The notes under the pieces are model-generated. The model was not told where the DNA came from and made no database searches. It saw nothing but the letters and a program-made list of their open reading frames with translations. From Octopus vulgaris (lineage: Eukaryota), in contig OX597815.1 of assembly GCA_951406725.2 (NCBI GenBank), positions 77,810,001-77,874,000 of the forward strand: a stretch of DNA of 64,000 nucleotides. The letters are read 5' to 3'. This document shows, one piece after another, positions 25,856-38,912 of this stretch (positions within the stretch are counted from its first letter, which is position 1; every line of letters starts with the position of its first letter). Position numbers and translations under genes: made by a program.

Positions 25856-26802
25856 CTGGAACCAAGAAAGAAAAGAAGAAAAATTATAGGAAAAAAAAAA
25901 CATGCATCATTCTTCTGTGGAAAGTAGTTGTTTTGCAGCAGTTTTGCAGCAGCCAGTTTTTAAAATAAAATATTCTATTGACATAACACTGTATATTGAA
26001 ATAATAGTTATCACCATTATCATCATTTAACCTCGACTTTTCCCTGCTTGTATGAGTTAAATGGAATTCATTGAGGCAAATTTTCTCTGACTGGATGCCC
26101 TTCATTTTGTCAGCCCTTACCAACTTCCAAGTTGATATTTCCCTATGGGAAATATGTTTTCATGAAAGAGTGTAAAACTTGCAACATTGCTTGTACTATG
26201 GTGAGGGTTGTTTATAACTCATGTGCTATGTCATGACAAAAACTCACAACCTCTCCCCATTGGAACTTGATGCTGTTCTCTGGCACATCGGTTCCTCTCA
26301 AAACGTTCAGTCCATGCCAGCATGGACATTAAATGATAATGATGATATATATATATGTTATGTATGTATAATTGGTGTCTTTCAGTTTCCATTTTTTAAA
26401 AACACTCACAAGGCTTTGGTTAATCTTGGCCTATAGTAGAAAACACTTGCCCAAGATTCCTCATTGTGGAACTGAACTCAAAACCATGAGATTGAGAAGT
26501 AAACATCTTAACCACACAACCATGTTCATGAGATAATCAACTGAATACACACCACTTATTTTATTAGTACTTTATTTGAGTGATCCTCAGATGGGTGAAA
26601 AGTAGAATTGGCTTTGATGGGATTGAACTCAGACCATGAAGAGTCCTAAATAAATGCCACAAAATCTTCTGTCCAATGATTTCACTAAGCCATTAAAATT
26701 ATCCATAATCTTTTCATTAGAAAGATTAATTCATTTAACTCATATATAGCAGGAATACATTTAGTCTAATGGCTAGCTATAAGATCTATCTTCAGTGTGT
26801 AA

Positions 26803-27423
26803 TAGGTATCAATCCTCATTTATTATGGGGATTTGGTTCCAAGGAAACAGTGATAAATGGATCAGTGATAAGTGAATCATCTCCACACACTTTGCAAATG
26901 GAATGGATGGTAGTCTCATTGACATTAAACTCAATGGCTCACAGCTGCAAAGCTTCCATCATTAAATATTTTCATGATTATCTCTACCTTTACCTGGAGA
27001 GAGTACACTCATCTGCATCACATGTTAAGATCAGGCCCCTTCATATTTTTTCTTTTCATTAGTTGTGTGTTGATGGATCCCAACTGTTTTTCTCTCTCTC
27101 TCTCCACTACCATACCTTGTTTGTTGTTCCCTCACCTGTCTCTTTTTCTTTTTTTTTTGTACATTAGAATCATTAAAAATACACAATCTTGCTGTAGTCA
27201 TGTAAACAAAACCAATAAGCTGTACATTCTGAGTAACTGAGCTTTGTGGATTGGATGGTTACTGGGGCATGTCTTTCACAGGTTAAGCAGAATCTTTGGC
27301 CAATTACCAACTTGTGTTACCACAGATCAGTCTGTGACGAGTGTATCTTGGTTCACTATTGAGTGTACTGTGTTATCCCAGTTCACTGATAAATGAACCA
27401 GTGATAAACGTATATAGATGTAT
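26803..27423 (-). mobile_element. Tigger/pogo-like DNA transposon remnant
   Basis: Minus-strand CENP-B-like HTH remnant KVEI..GSFAAVS..FNVNETTIHSICK, and a Tigger-like terminus cctcatttattatggggatttggttccaagg. Confidence 0.6.
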
Positions 27424-28699
27424 TAGGTTAGCAAGCAGAAAGTTTTCCAATTCATTTCTGTCTGAACAGTTAATGGTTATTTTAATCTTTTTGCTGTGTG
27501 TGAAACATCTAATGTTTCAGCTGAAATGGAAACGTTAATGCCTGTTGATGGATTATTTTTGTAAGTTATCAAAATTGACTGATTATCAAGTTTGTTATGA
27601 GGTTTGAAGCTCTATCAGTTATCTTCTGTTGTCACATTTTAACATCTGTATTTTAACATCTCAAAAGATTCAGACCATGAGATTGACCTTGTATCTGTTA
27701 GTTTGTAAGATTTCTACCATTAAAAAAAAATTTTTTTAATCAGATGCAACAATGGCTTTGTGGTCAGGAAGCTCGCTTTAAAACCACGTGGTTTCAGATT
27801 TAGTCCTGCTGCCCAGCACTTTAGATTATTGTCTTCTGCTATAGCCTCAGGCTAATCGATGCTTTGTGGGTAAATTTGGTAGACAAAATCAGTGTGGAGG
27901 CCTAATCATACATGTTGGTTTGTGTGTGTGTCTTTCTTCATCCACACTACTTGACAGCTGGTGTTAGTTTGATTATGTCCTTGCAACTTAGCAGTTCAGC
28001 AAAAGACACTGATAAAATAAATACAGGGTATTGATTTGTTAAAATAAATAAGGGGAAGATTTTGTCAACTAATCTCTTTAAGGTGGTGTCCCAACATGGC
28101 TGCAGGTCAGTGACTGAAACAAGTAAAAGATAAAAGATGTTATTATTGTTTCAGATTTTAAAAGATACTTAACTCCAAGAAATACGAACATATATATTCT
28201 TTACTCTCTTGGCATCAATCTTTCTGAGATCAACCCTTGGTTCTATTATAGAACCAGCATGGGTGCCAGTCAATTGGTATTGGCATTGGCCACGGCTATA
28301 ATTTCACTTGGCTTGACAGGTCTTCTCAAGCACAGCATATCACCCAATGTTTGAGAGGTGATTTTTATGTGCCAGTTACACAACACCGGCATCGGCCATG
28401 ACTATGATCTCACAGCATATCACCAAAGACCTCAATCACTAGTCATTGCCTCTGTGAGGCCCAACATTCAAAGATCATGCTTCACCACCTCATCCCGTGT
28501 CTTCCTGGGTCTACCGCTTCCACAGGTTCCCTCCACCATAAGGGTGAGGGACGGACGTCACACACACACACACATTTACAAACGTACACACAGGTATTCA
28601 TGAGTTTAAAATGGTGTATAATAGATATATGTATGTATGTATGTATGTATGCATATATGTATGTGTTTGTTTGTGTGTGTCTGTGTGAGTATTTCTTTG

Positions 28700-29160
28700 T
28701 GATGGACAGCAGAAAACCACCTATCCCCTCTCTCCTTAAAGCTACGTATTCCTCACATCCATGTTTCTTTCCCTTCCTTGGCATTTTAAAATTTAGTTGT
28801 GTGCATGTGTGTGCATGTATCTATGTATTTACGAAAGTATGTATACAGTGTATTAACATTACTATCCCACTACCACTTCATATTTATCACTTATACAATG
28901 CTGTTCTCCCCTTCCCTGTTATCAGCCACACTCACTGTGCCACTACATTTCCCTCACACTAACACTCTTTACACCCTTCTTATTTCATCAACTAATAACC
29001 CAACCATTATAGATTTTTATTGAACTCCAATTAGCCTATAATTGAACTGGATGTTAGTTTAATATGTATGCAAAGTTTCGTCAAAATTGGTTCACTGGTG
29101 TAAATAGCAAGATAGTAACAGACAGACTGACAGACAGAAATTGCTATTTATATATTAGAT
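28700..29160 (-). mobile_element. Non-autonomous Helitron-like 5' terminus
   Basis: aagtttcgtcaaaattgg...(gaca)n...ttatatattaga reads TCTAATATATAA on the minus strand, the typical 5' end of these elements. Confidence 0.55.
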
Positions 29161-29529
29161 GTGTGAGTTTGTGTATGCATCTTTGCAGTTGTACCTCCTT
29201 TGACTATCAGTATTGGTTTGCCTTTGTCCCTAGAACTTAGCAATATGGCAAAAAGCAACTTATAGTATAAAATAAGTACAGAGATCCATTGTTTGACTAA
29301 ACCCTCTAAGACAGTGCTGCAGCATGGCTGTAGTAAAATGACCAAAGCAAATAAAAGAATAAAAACAAAATACAGAATAAAAAAAAGTAACAACACTACT
29401 TCTATCAAGGATGCATATGTCATCTTATGAACAAGATTGTTAGTTTAAACATTGACAAAAATAGTCTGTTATAAATGTCTAGAGATTTCAGCATGCCAGA
29501 GCAAAGTTAAACTGTACAAAGCTCATTGT

Positions 29530-29571
<42 letters not shown>

Positions 29572-29638
29572 ATGTAAATATCTAGCTAGCTGGGTAGCTG
29601 TCTGTGTGTGTGTATATATATGTGTATATATATATATA

Positions 29639-29669
<31 letters not shown>

Positions 29670-29726
29670 TGTTTTGGGATTTAGTTTGCAAGATTCTTTA
29701 TATGAGTTCATGTGTTGAAGCATATT

Positions 29727-29933
29727 CTGTTGTCTGGGGAGAGCCATTTTCTTTTTGTGCCTTATTATGTAACACACTCACTGGTAAAATTTCCACTTAT
29801 TTCTTATTGAAAAGGTTGCAAGATGCAACGAAAATTTTAGGAAAATAAAAATATGAAATAAGTGGAAATTTTACTGGTGAGTGTGTTACATTATAAGGCA
29901 CAAAAAGAAAATGACTCTCCCCAGACACAACAG
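29727..29933. repeat. Foldback (inverted ~80-bp arms, ~41-nt spacer) of a (TA)n-flanked repeat; related foldback at 16146-16309
   Basis: ctgttgtctggggagagcc...ttccacttatttcttatt is the reverse complement of aatatgaaataagtgg...ctctccccagacacaacag. Confidence 0.9.
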
Positions 29934-32021
29934 TATATATATATATATATATATATAAATAAAGGCTATCAAGCTGAAACTTCAAAGTCATTGTCACCCC
30001 TGTTCTTGTACAAAGTATAATAAACTTTTACTCCACAAAATGCATTATGTAACTATTCAGTTTAGTATTAGATTGTTTTTATCATAAACTCACCATGAAA
30101 GCACACAAGGCATCGCTGTGTGGTAAGAAGCTTGCTTCCCAACTTCATAGTTCTGGGTTCAGCCCCACTATGTGGCACTTTAGGCAAGTGGCTTCTGCTG
30201 TAGCCTCAGGCCAACCAAAGCCTTGTGAATAGATTTGATAGATGGAAACTGAAAGAAACCTGCCATGCATGTGTGTGTGTGTGTGCATATGTATGTACGT
30301 TTGTGTGTGTATGTATTTATGAGTTTGTGTCTGTATTTGTCCACCACCGCCATTGCTTGACAACCGATGCTTGTGTGTTTATGTCCCTGTAACTTATTGG
30401 GTCAGCAAAAATGTCTGATAGAATAAGAACTAGGCTTATGAAGAATAAGTCCTGGGGGTTGATTTCTTTCACTAAAATCCTTTAAGGTGGTGCTCCAACA
30501 TAGCTACAGTCAAATGACTGAAACAAGTAAAAGAATGTGTGTGTGTGTGAGTGTGTGTGTGTGTTCACATGTATACACATGTGTATGTGCCTGTGGGAAT
30601 GTTAACATTTGATGCCTCTCTGCAAAAATCTCTGAGAAATGGGTAGTGACTAATTCCTGGTTAGCATAGTGTTGGGTAGCTTTACACTTTCGAAGACAAT
30701 TAAAATGAAGCATCTCTTACTTGAAAAACATACATGAAGGGCATCAGGCTGAAAGAACAATACCTTGATAACATGTATTCATCTAACCCATGCTTACGTG
30801 AAAAAAAAAGATCTTCAAAATCGATGTAAAATGAATGAATTCTTTGTAATCTTATTAGAAAATGTTGGAAACCATTTTTATGGAAAGATAAGAGAAATAT
30901 ACAATTGTAGTGAACCATGAACCACCATAAAGGATTAAACAGAACTATGATATATTTATGGCATGATATATATATAAAATTTAGCATGAAGAACAGAGAA
31001 AAAGATAGGATGTATTTTATAACTAACTGATATATTTGGAGCTGAAGTTTGTTGCTGTGCTGTCATTTTAATATCAATGCTTAATCCCTTGGTTGCTAGA
31101 GGCACTGTAGAAGTTATCTAAAAATATCTTTAATGATATTTAGATAGGGTTTTGATAAATAATGTAAGTTTGTGCTGAATAGATTCCAAATAACCTCCTA
31201 AGTCTATTAGCTGCTTAATATTGATTACAGAATCAAAGAGAATACTAATAAAAATACTTCATGTTGTTTATTGTTTGTGACACCCTAGGGATGACAAGTT
31301 TGATGGATAGTATTTTGTATTGACTTCGAATAAGCAGTGTTATTCTGTTTCAGTATATAATCAAGGTAGTATTGTAGCTACCATGTGTTGACATTACTTA
31401 GTGTGTGCAGACAAAGTCTGTGGTTTTCTACTGGCATATTTATTCTATCTTATTAAGTAAAGCACATTATTTTATACATGTCAGTTTAACCAGCTAACAA
31501 ATAAGAAGTACAAGTTTCAGGTGTTGGCTAAGTAAGAACATCCATTTGCAAAATACTTTCTCCAAAACTTCATCCATGCCAGGTGTAAAACATTCAGTAG
31601 GAATAATATACTACTGAATTAAATCACCTTTGTTTTTGTTTTTTGTTTTTACTAAAAGAGTGGGTGGGAATGAAAGTTATTCCTTGCACTAATTAATAGT
31701 ACCATATTAAGCTGGCAGAATCGTTGCCACATTGGAAAAAATGCTTAGCAGTATTTCTTCCAATTTAGTGTTCTGAGTTCAAATTCCACTGAGGTCAACT
31801 TTGCCTTTCATCCTTTTGGGGTTGATAGAATAAGTACCAGTTGAATCTTGGGGGTTGATGTGATTGACTTAACCCCCCCCCCCTGCACAAGTTGCTGACC
31901 TTGTGCCAAAATTTGAAACCAATATTACTATATTTAATTAATATACAGTAAATGAAAACCAGAGCCCAGAAAAATTAGTGGTGATCTGTCCATTTTTTCA
32001 CATCCGTAAAGCACTCAGATT

Positions 32022-32137
32022 TAAACAATAGAAAATAACGAAGGAAAAGAAATAGCAGTTACATCAATATGGTATTATGAGAGCCAATGGTTCTAAAAAT
32101 ACATAACACAGTTAGTAACATGAACAGTTAGTAGACA
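32022..32137 (-). repeat. Inverted duplicate of 36035-36169
   Basis: About 4 substitutions over 116 bp plus one 19-bp indel, counted by eye. Confidence 0.93.
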
Positions 32138-32481
32138 CTTCAAATGTCTTGTGGAAGCAAGAATTTCGAACAAAGCTTTCCATTGAAGGGGGAAAAGTGT
32201 GTGTGTGTGTGTGTGCATGTGTGTGATTTGTTCAAAACATTAGGTTTATTGCCAGCCCATGGCATGTAAATTATCATCATTGTTTTATCTTCCATTTTGT
32301 CATGCTCACATGGGACAGGCAGAATTCATTAAGACAACCTTCACCTGTTTCCAAATAAGGTAACAGATCTCCATGCTCAGACGTATTTTCACAGAAGATT
32401 GGTAATGAAGGACACCATTTTCTTGGTGGTGACACTTACCTATAACTATCACATGATTTCAAGACAAAGAAACACTAAAGT

Positions 32482-32517
<36 letters not shown>

Positions 32518-34442
32518 TGTCTACTAAATACATTCACAAGGCTTTGGTCAGACTGGGGCTGTTGGAGAAGATACTTGCCCAATGTGCTATGCAATGAGAC
32601 TGAACCTGCAACCATGTGGTTGATGAGCAAACTTTTTGACCACACAGCCATGACTTGATGAATGTATAGCTCTACTTTGATTCCCTAACTCCACCTATAA
32701 CTTCTATACTCTATTCTGTTGTTATCCTATTCTTGGAACACTTTCATCATACTCAACAGAAATCAACTTTGGTGTCAAATTAGACAATATGTGCAATGTT
32801 TGTCAATAGATTTGTCATGTTTTTAGCAGGTCAAAACTGATAAGGCTTGAATATATATAGTATTGTTTTTATCATTGTATACATAACAACTTTCAGGACA
32901 CTGAATTAAAAGAGAGCCATTAATTATAGAGTGCAACTGCCAAATGGTCTTAATCAGTGTATGTAGCTGTAACGTGCACTCAATTATATAAATGTTACTG
33001 AAGCTGATATACCACAATGACTGCGATAAGATAGTAATATAAATTAAATCCTTGCAAGATATATTACATTATTACAGTTTCTTCTCAGCTAGACAGACAG
33101 ACATAAATATGTTGACTACTTCACTGTTATTAAGTTGTGAAATTCTCAGGGAAAAACGTATCATTATGTAACAGATCAATCACTGTAGAAACTCTGTTGG
33201 CTTCATCAAATGCACAGTTTAATAACAAACACTGTCATGTCCATTATCATACATTACAACATTATTTCAATGTATGTGTGCCCATGTTGGATAGATCAGT
33301 TATATAAGCATAGAAGCACTCTTCTTGTTACAGTGTCATCTCATCTGTGAGACTCAACATTTTGTAGCTATGCATACCACATCTTCCTGTAACATCTTTA
33401 ACTCTTTAGTATTCAGATTTACTTCAGCAAATGTATCATCATCATCATCATTTAACATCTGTCTTCCATGCTGGTATGGGTTGGACAGTTTGACAGGAGC
33501 TGGCCAGGTAGAAGACTACCCCAGACTACTGTGTCTCTTTTGACATAGTTTTTATGGCTGGATGCCCTTCCTAACACCAACCATCCTGTAGAGTGGACCG
33601 AGTGCTTTTTACGTGGCACCAGCACAAGTGAGGTCTGTTTGGCATGGTTTTAACAGCTGGATGCCCTTCCAAATGCTAACCACTTTACAGTGTGGACTGG
33701 ATGCTGTTTACATGGCACTAGCATTGGCAGGGTTACCGAATAACTTGCAAAACAAGGAATTTTGAAAGGAGAGGGGCATGTAATGCTTATTTATTCACAT
33801 TGTTTTGAGTTAATCATAAATCATCTTGTAGCTTCAAGATTTCGATGACATGATTGTTCATTTTTTAGACTGACATTGCAGAATAGGTGTGAGAGGTCAG
33901 ATCTGACCCATTTGAATATTAAGCTGGCAGAATATTTTGGCTGGATATGGCTGGTTTAAATGTTAAAGAGTTATTTCTGCCCACATCACAACTTCACATA
34001 ATATCTTTGTACTTGATCTTAATTATGTTTTCCCATATCATTATATCAATTTGCACCACATCTTCCCAAGACTTCATTGGTTAGATACTGCTAAGGTATG
34101 TATCTTCAGTTGTTACATTGTTGCACATTTCTACCAAACAGGTTCTGTCCCTTCACATTACATCTACTAATCTAACCACCTCTCCTACACCATACAACTG
34201 ATCAAACCACTGTGGGAAGCACCTATGTACTTGCCAAACTTACTAGAAATACCAGCCAAATGTACCTCAGATCGCACCCTATCATGATGAAAAGAGAAAG
34301 GACACAGTGAATACAATAGTCCTGGATATAGAAATGGATGGAATGGACAAGACTCAGCCTCATCCCTCTATCCCTCCAGTTCTCACAACTTGGATGCTCT
34401 GCTGGATCTAGAGTGTGAGGCTGAGAAGGTGTTTGTACTTAC

Positions 34443-34542
34443 TTGTGACTACATGAACACTTGAATCAATAAGTAAAAGGATCGTACATGTTACCATGTC
34501 ATACTTCCTTGCGAATGATGGCTGTAGTTTAGGCATTCTTAC
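34443..34542 (-). CDS. Candidate start-codon exon of the nested antisense gene
   Basis: Acceptor ctttccaCAG| and donor CAA|GTAAGT bound 100 open nt, VRMPKLQPSFARKYDMVTCTILLLIDSSVHVVT. The exon ends in phase 1, compatible with exon 25855-25594. Confidence 0.45.
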
Positions 34543-36034
34543 CTGTGGAAAGTTTATTTAAAATTTTCAGATTCCAATATATTAGACATCCTTCTACTCT
34601 TTCATATCTCCACCATATTTAGATATAAAATTTCTCTCTGTATTTTAGATTACCTTCATTACAGTACTTCCTTAGATATTTTAATATATCCACATGCTTC
34701 AGTATAGAATTTCTGTCTATATTTTAGAATTACCATATGTTTAGATATAATATTTAATTATATCATTTTATAGTTATCATTTCATTTCAAGCATTTTCGC
34801 ATCCATGCTGTTGTTGTTGTTTAACCCTGATTATCTCATTGCTAAAAGGCTAGGTCATGGTCATCAGTTCAATGCTAATTTTTCCATGCTTGTGTGAGTC
34901 TGATGAAATTTATTGAGGCAAATTTTCTACAGTCAGATTTTCTACCATTCTTGTCACCAACCATCACTTGTTTCCAAGCAAAGTAATATTTCCCCAATAC
35001 CAGATACATTTGCACTGAATATTGAAGATGAATGACACTATGTATGACATTGACACTCATTTACACCTGTCACTCAATGACAAGGTAAGGAAGCAAATCC
35101 ACTTATAAGACTTTGGTTGACCCAGGACTGAAGTAGAAGACTCTTGTTGAAGGTACCACACAGTGGGACTGAACCTGAAACCATGTGTTTGGGAAGCAAA
35201 CTTCCTCACCACACCTACAAGCCACATCTGCATCTAAGAACTCATTAGTCAATGTATTCTTCTTTATTTAAAAAAAAATGCATTGTGTGATTTGAGAGAA
35301 GTTTAGCTGCTACTTCTAGCAACTTGAGCAACTCTGTCGAGACTCTCACATTGACTCACTTATAGCTATATTTCATTTTGAAATATACTGAAAGAATCAA
35401 ACTGAAATTCTCACATGTTTAGAAATAAATAGATCTGCCTATATACTTCAACACTTTTACTATCTATTTTGGAAAAGATCTCATTCATTTACCTCTTAAT
35501 ATATCAGTGTCTAAAATGAAATTACCCGTTCCACTTGGACATATTCTTGCAGACATTGAATCATTACTCTTGTGAATTTGTGCATATCATCTCTTACAAT
35601 CTGTCTGCTGATTCCCTCTCATTTTCTACTTCTTACTGTCCTTTTCTCTTGTTCTCATTCCCTCCCTTCTTGCCTCTCTCTCTCTCTCTCTCTTTATCTA
35701 TCTATCTTGGTGTGTGTGTTTGTATTATTTATATATACATACATACATACATACATACATACACATATATACATACATATACACACATACATATAAATAT
35801 GTATCTATACATACATACGTACATACATATATACATAGTATGCATACACACACACACACAAACATACACTCACACATATCCTCACATTATTTCTTGTCAT
35901 TCTAAGAAATGTTTCCACTGAACTTTCCACAGAACAAAGCATCATAGTTTGTTATGTAATTGCCTCTAAGCAATATTCAGTTTGGTGTAGTTAAATGTAT
36001 GAATATGAACCTTCTTTTTTATCTTCAACACAAC

Positions 36035-36169
36035 TGTCTACTCACTGTTCATGTTACTAACTGTGTTATGTATTTTTAGAACCAATGGCTCTCATAATAC
36101 CATATTGATGTAACTGCCATTTCTTTTCCTGGCTTCTTTTTCTTTTCCTTCATTATTTTCTATTGTTTA
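36035..36169 (+). repeat. Inverted duplicate of 32022-32137
   Basis: The reverse complement aligns almost perfectly with 32022-32137. Confidence 0.93.
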
Positions 36170-36668
36170 TCTTTTACTTGCTTCAGTGATTGGATTGTGG
36201 CCATCCTGGGGCACCACAATGAAAGTTTTAGTTGAAGAAAAATTGACCTCAGTACTTTTTTTTTTATTGCTATTATGTCTAGTATTTATTTTATCAGTCT
36301 GCTTTGCCAAACTGCATGGTTAATGTTATGGAGATGTAAACAAACCAATACTGGTTCTAAAACACTGGAAGGGAGACAAACACAAAAACATACACCCATA
36401 CACATAATAAATACACACACACACACACACACACATACACATAATAAATACACACACACACACATGTATGCAAATATTATTAGTAAATTATAAATCCAAA
36501 AGAGATGTACACTCAAAGTTATAGAACAGTAGCGTATTTAGATAAAGATTGTTATGGCTGGTTTAAGAGGTTATCCAGAGTTTCACATCTGTGCATTTAA
36601 CCCTTCTCCTTTGTCTGTGTGTTGAACAACTAACCACAAAGCCTTTTCTCCCTCCACTTTGAAGAGAG

Positions 36669-36765
36669 GTTATAGGCCACTGGCCATTAGGGCCTGATGA
36701 GAAGCTGTAAAGCTGAGTGCTTTACAGACATGAAACCCTGGCTAACCCCATAGACCAGTCATAAC
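36669..36765 (+). ncRNA. Degenerate type-I hammerhead ribozyme motif (Penelope pLTR-like)
   Basis: CTGATGA (36694-36700), a 9-bp stem II ctgtaaagc/gctttacag, and GAAAC (36732). The flanks gttat..actgg..ggg and ccc..ccagtcataac can pair as stem I. Confidence 0.55.
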
Positions 36766-36894
36766 TTTTTTTTTTTAAATTTTCATTTCCAGATTTCCAA
36801 TTCTGATATTGAGGGTTAAGCTAAAATTTTTCTATATTTATGGAGAAATTTGTCTGCAATTTAATTAAAATTTGGGCTGTTTGTTTAGAAGTTG

Positions 36895-38260
36895 CTCTAC
36901 TATATTTAATAATGATATCAAAGTTACTATATTTATTGCTCATATCAATCTTTCTATGTTGAAGTGCTGATATCAAAATTGTAATATTTGATGTGGATAT
37001 CGAAATTTCTGTTTAATGATGATATAAAAATTGTTATATTTTATGCTGATAATAAAAAAAAAAATGCTGCAGCCAACAAAGACGTCAAAAATAAAGCATG
37101 ATGTATAGAATTTTGTGTCTTATAGATTCTTAATTAACCAAAATTTCCCTATTTGTTGGAGAAAGAAAATAAACACCTAGTGGAAGTTGTTAGTAACTCA
37201 AAGAAAAGGGGAGATAATTTAAAGTATTTCAAATTTAATTTCTAAGCTTACTCTATGTTTACAAAAATGACAGTCTGATCTTTGTATGCAGACGAAAGAC
37301 ATATGTTTCAACCTATTTTGACTTTATAAGTATAGAATACTTACATGATGGGATAAATTTGTGAATATAGAATAAAAGGATAACAAATATTTTTAACAAG
37401 AATAATTTGTAAAGTTTTAAAAAAAATGATTTAAGGGAGAAAACTCATAAAAGCCAAATTCATGAATTTGAATAGTTAAGTTAAAAGATGGTGAACTTAG
37501 CTTTTAATTGGAGAAAGAAAAGAAACACATAGTGGCAGTTGTCACCAATTCAAAGAAAAGGGGAAATAATTTGAAGAAATTAGGAATTAATTTCTAAATT
37601 TACATGCTTAGGGTAACATGAATGTCATCTTTATTTAGAGTGAAAGCTTATTTATAAAAAAGTTCTTTAGCTCAGTCATGAGCAAACTTCAGCCCGTGAG
37701 ACTTTCTAAATGGCACACCTAATGAAAAATTACCTTGTATTTTTAGTAGTGTAGCCTGCTTTATGATGAGCCATGTTTCATTCAACCTCTATCAAAAATA
37801 AAATTAAAAAATGGAAGTTGACTATACCTGCTTTAGCTCATTTTATTTTTATTCTCTTTCATCCTTTTAGAGTTGACAAAATAAGTACCAACTGGGTTGA
37901 TGTAACTGACTAGCCTCTCCTCTGCCACCAAAATTCAGGCCTTGTACCTATAGTAGAAGGGATTTTCATGCTATCTGATGTTGATATCAAAGTTACTATA
38001 TCTAATTTTGATATCAAAATTATGATATGGAATGTTGATATTAAAGTTGCTGTTGCTAATTGTGATACCAAAGTTACTATATCTAATGTTGTTATCAAAG
38101 AAGCTATATCTTATGGTGATATCAAAGCTATTGTATTTAATGCTTATACTAGAGTTAGTATATTTAATGGTGATATAAAAGTTGCTTTGTTTTAATGGTA
38201 GTACCAAACTTTTATATCTGCTAAATTCTGATATCAAAGTTGATATATTTTATAATGATA
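36895..38260. repeat. 27-bp minisatellite (consensus ~GATATCAAAGTTACTATATCTAATGTT) in two blocks, 36895-37050 and 37971-38260, split by an insertion
   Basis: Successive units gatatcaaagttactatatctaatttt / gatatcaaaattatgatatggaatgtt / gatattaaagttgctgttgctaattgt and so on. Confidence 0.85.
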
Positions 38261-38912
38261 TAGATAGCCATGGACACATTTGCTTTAGAACCATATGTGT
38301 TAATTTTCAGTCCCACTGTTTGGGCAATGCCAGTTGATGTTGTCTGCTATAGCCAAAGATTGACCAGTGCCTTGTGAGTGAATGACAGAGACTTGTAAAA
38401 GGCCATCATACATGTCTCTTTATATGTTTGTGTGTATGTTTGGGTTCAGTCCCACTGTGTGGCACCTTGGGCAAGTGTCTTCTATAGCTCAAGGCCAACT
38501 GAAACAGTGTGAGTGGATTTGGAATATGGAAACTAAAAAGAGCCTGTCATGTATGTATTTGTGTTTGCTTGTTTGTGCTCTTGTTTTGACATCATGTGAA
38601 GATTGTAAATGAATATCACTGCCTTACAAGTGATATCGTTCACTTCCAGTCTTGCATGAAAAATATGTTTTGCCATGGGTAAGTATAGCCTTGTATGGAA
38701 ACTGGTAAAAGTTGGCAACAGGGAAGGTATTTGCGATAGAAAATGTGCCTCAACAAATTCCATCTGATCCATGCAAGCATGGAAAAGTGGATGTTGAACA
38801 ATGATGAAGATGATGATAAACATTACCTGTGATATATACTTAGTTTTACCTCTCTCTTACTTGTCTTAACTATCCTCTCTTTTATTTCTTCAATATCAGG
38901 AATATTCTCAAA

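Noticed and set aside
30720-30855. Two extra minus-strand mini-exons
   Set aside because: They would need an intron of only ~50 nt, and such signals are expected by chance in AT-rich DNA.
37968-38260. Possible CRISPR-like array
   Set aside because: The units are contiguous tandem repeats without unique spacers, the context is eukaryotic, and there are no cas genes.
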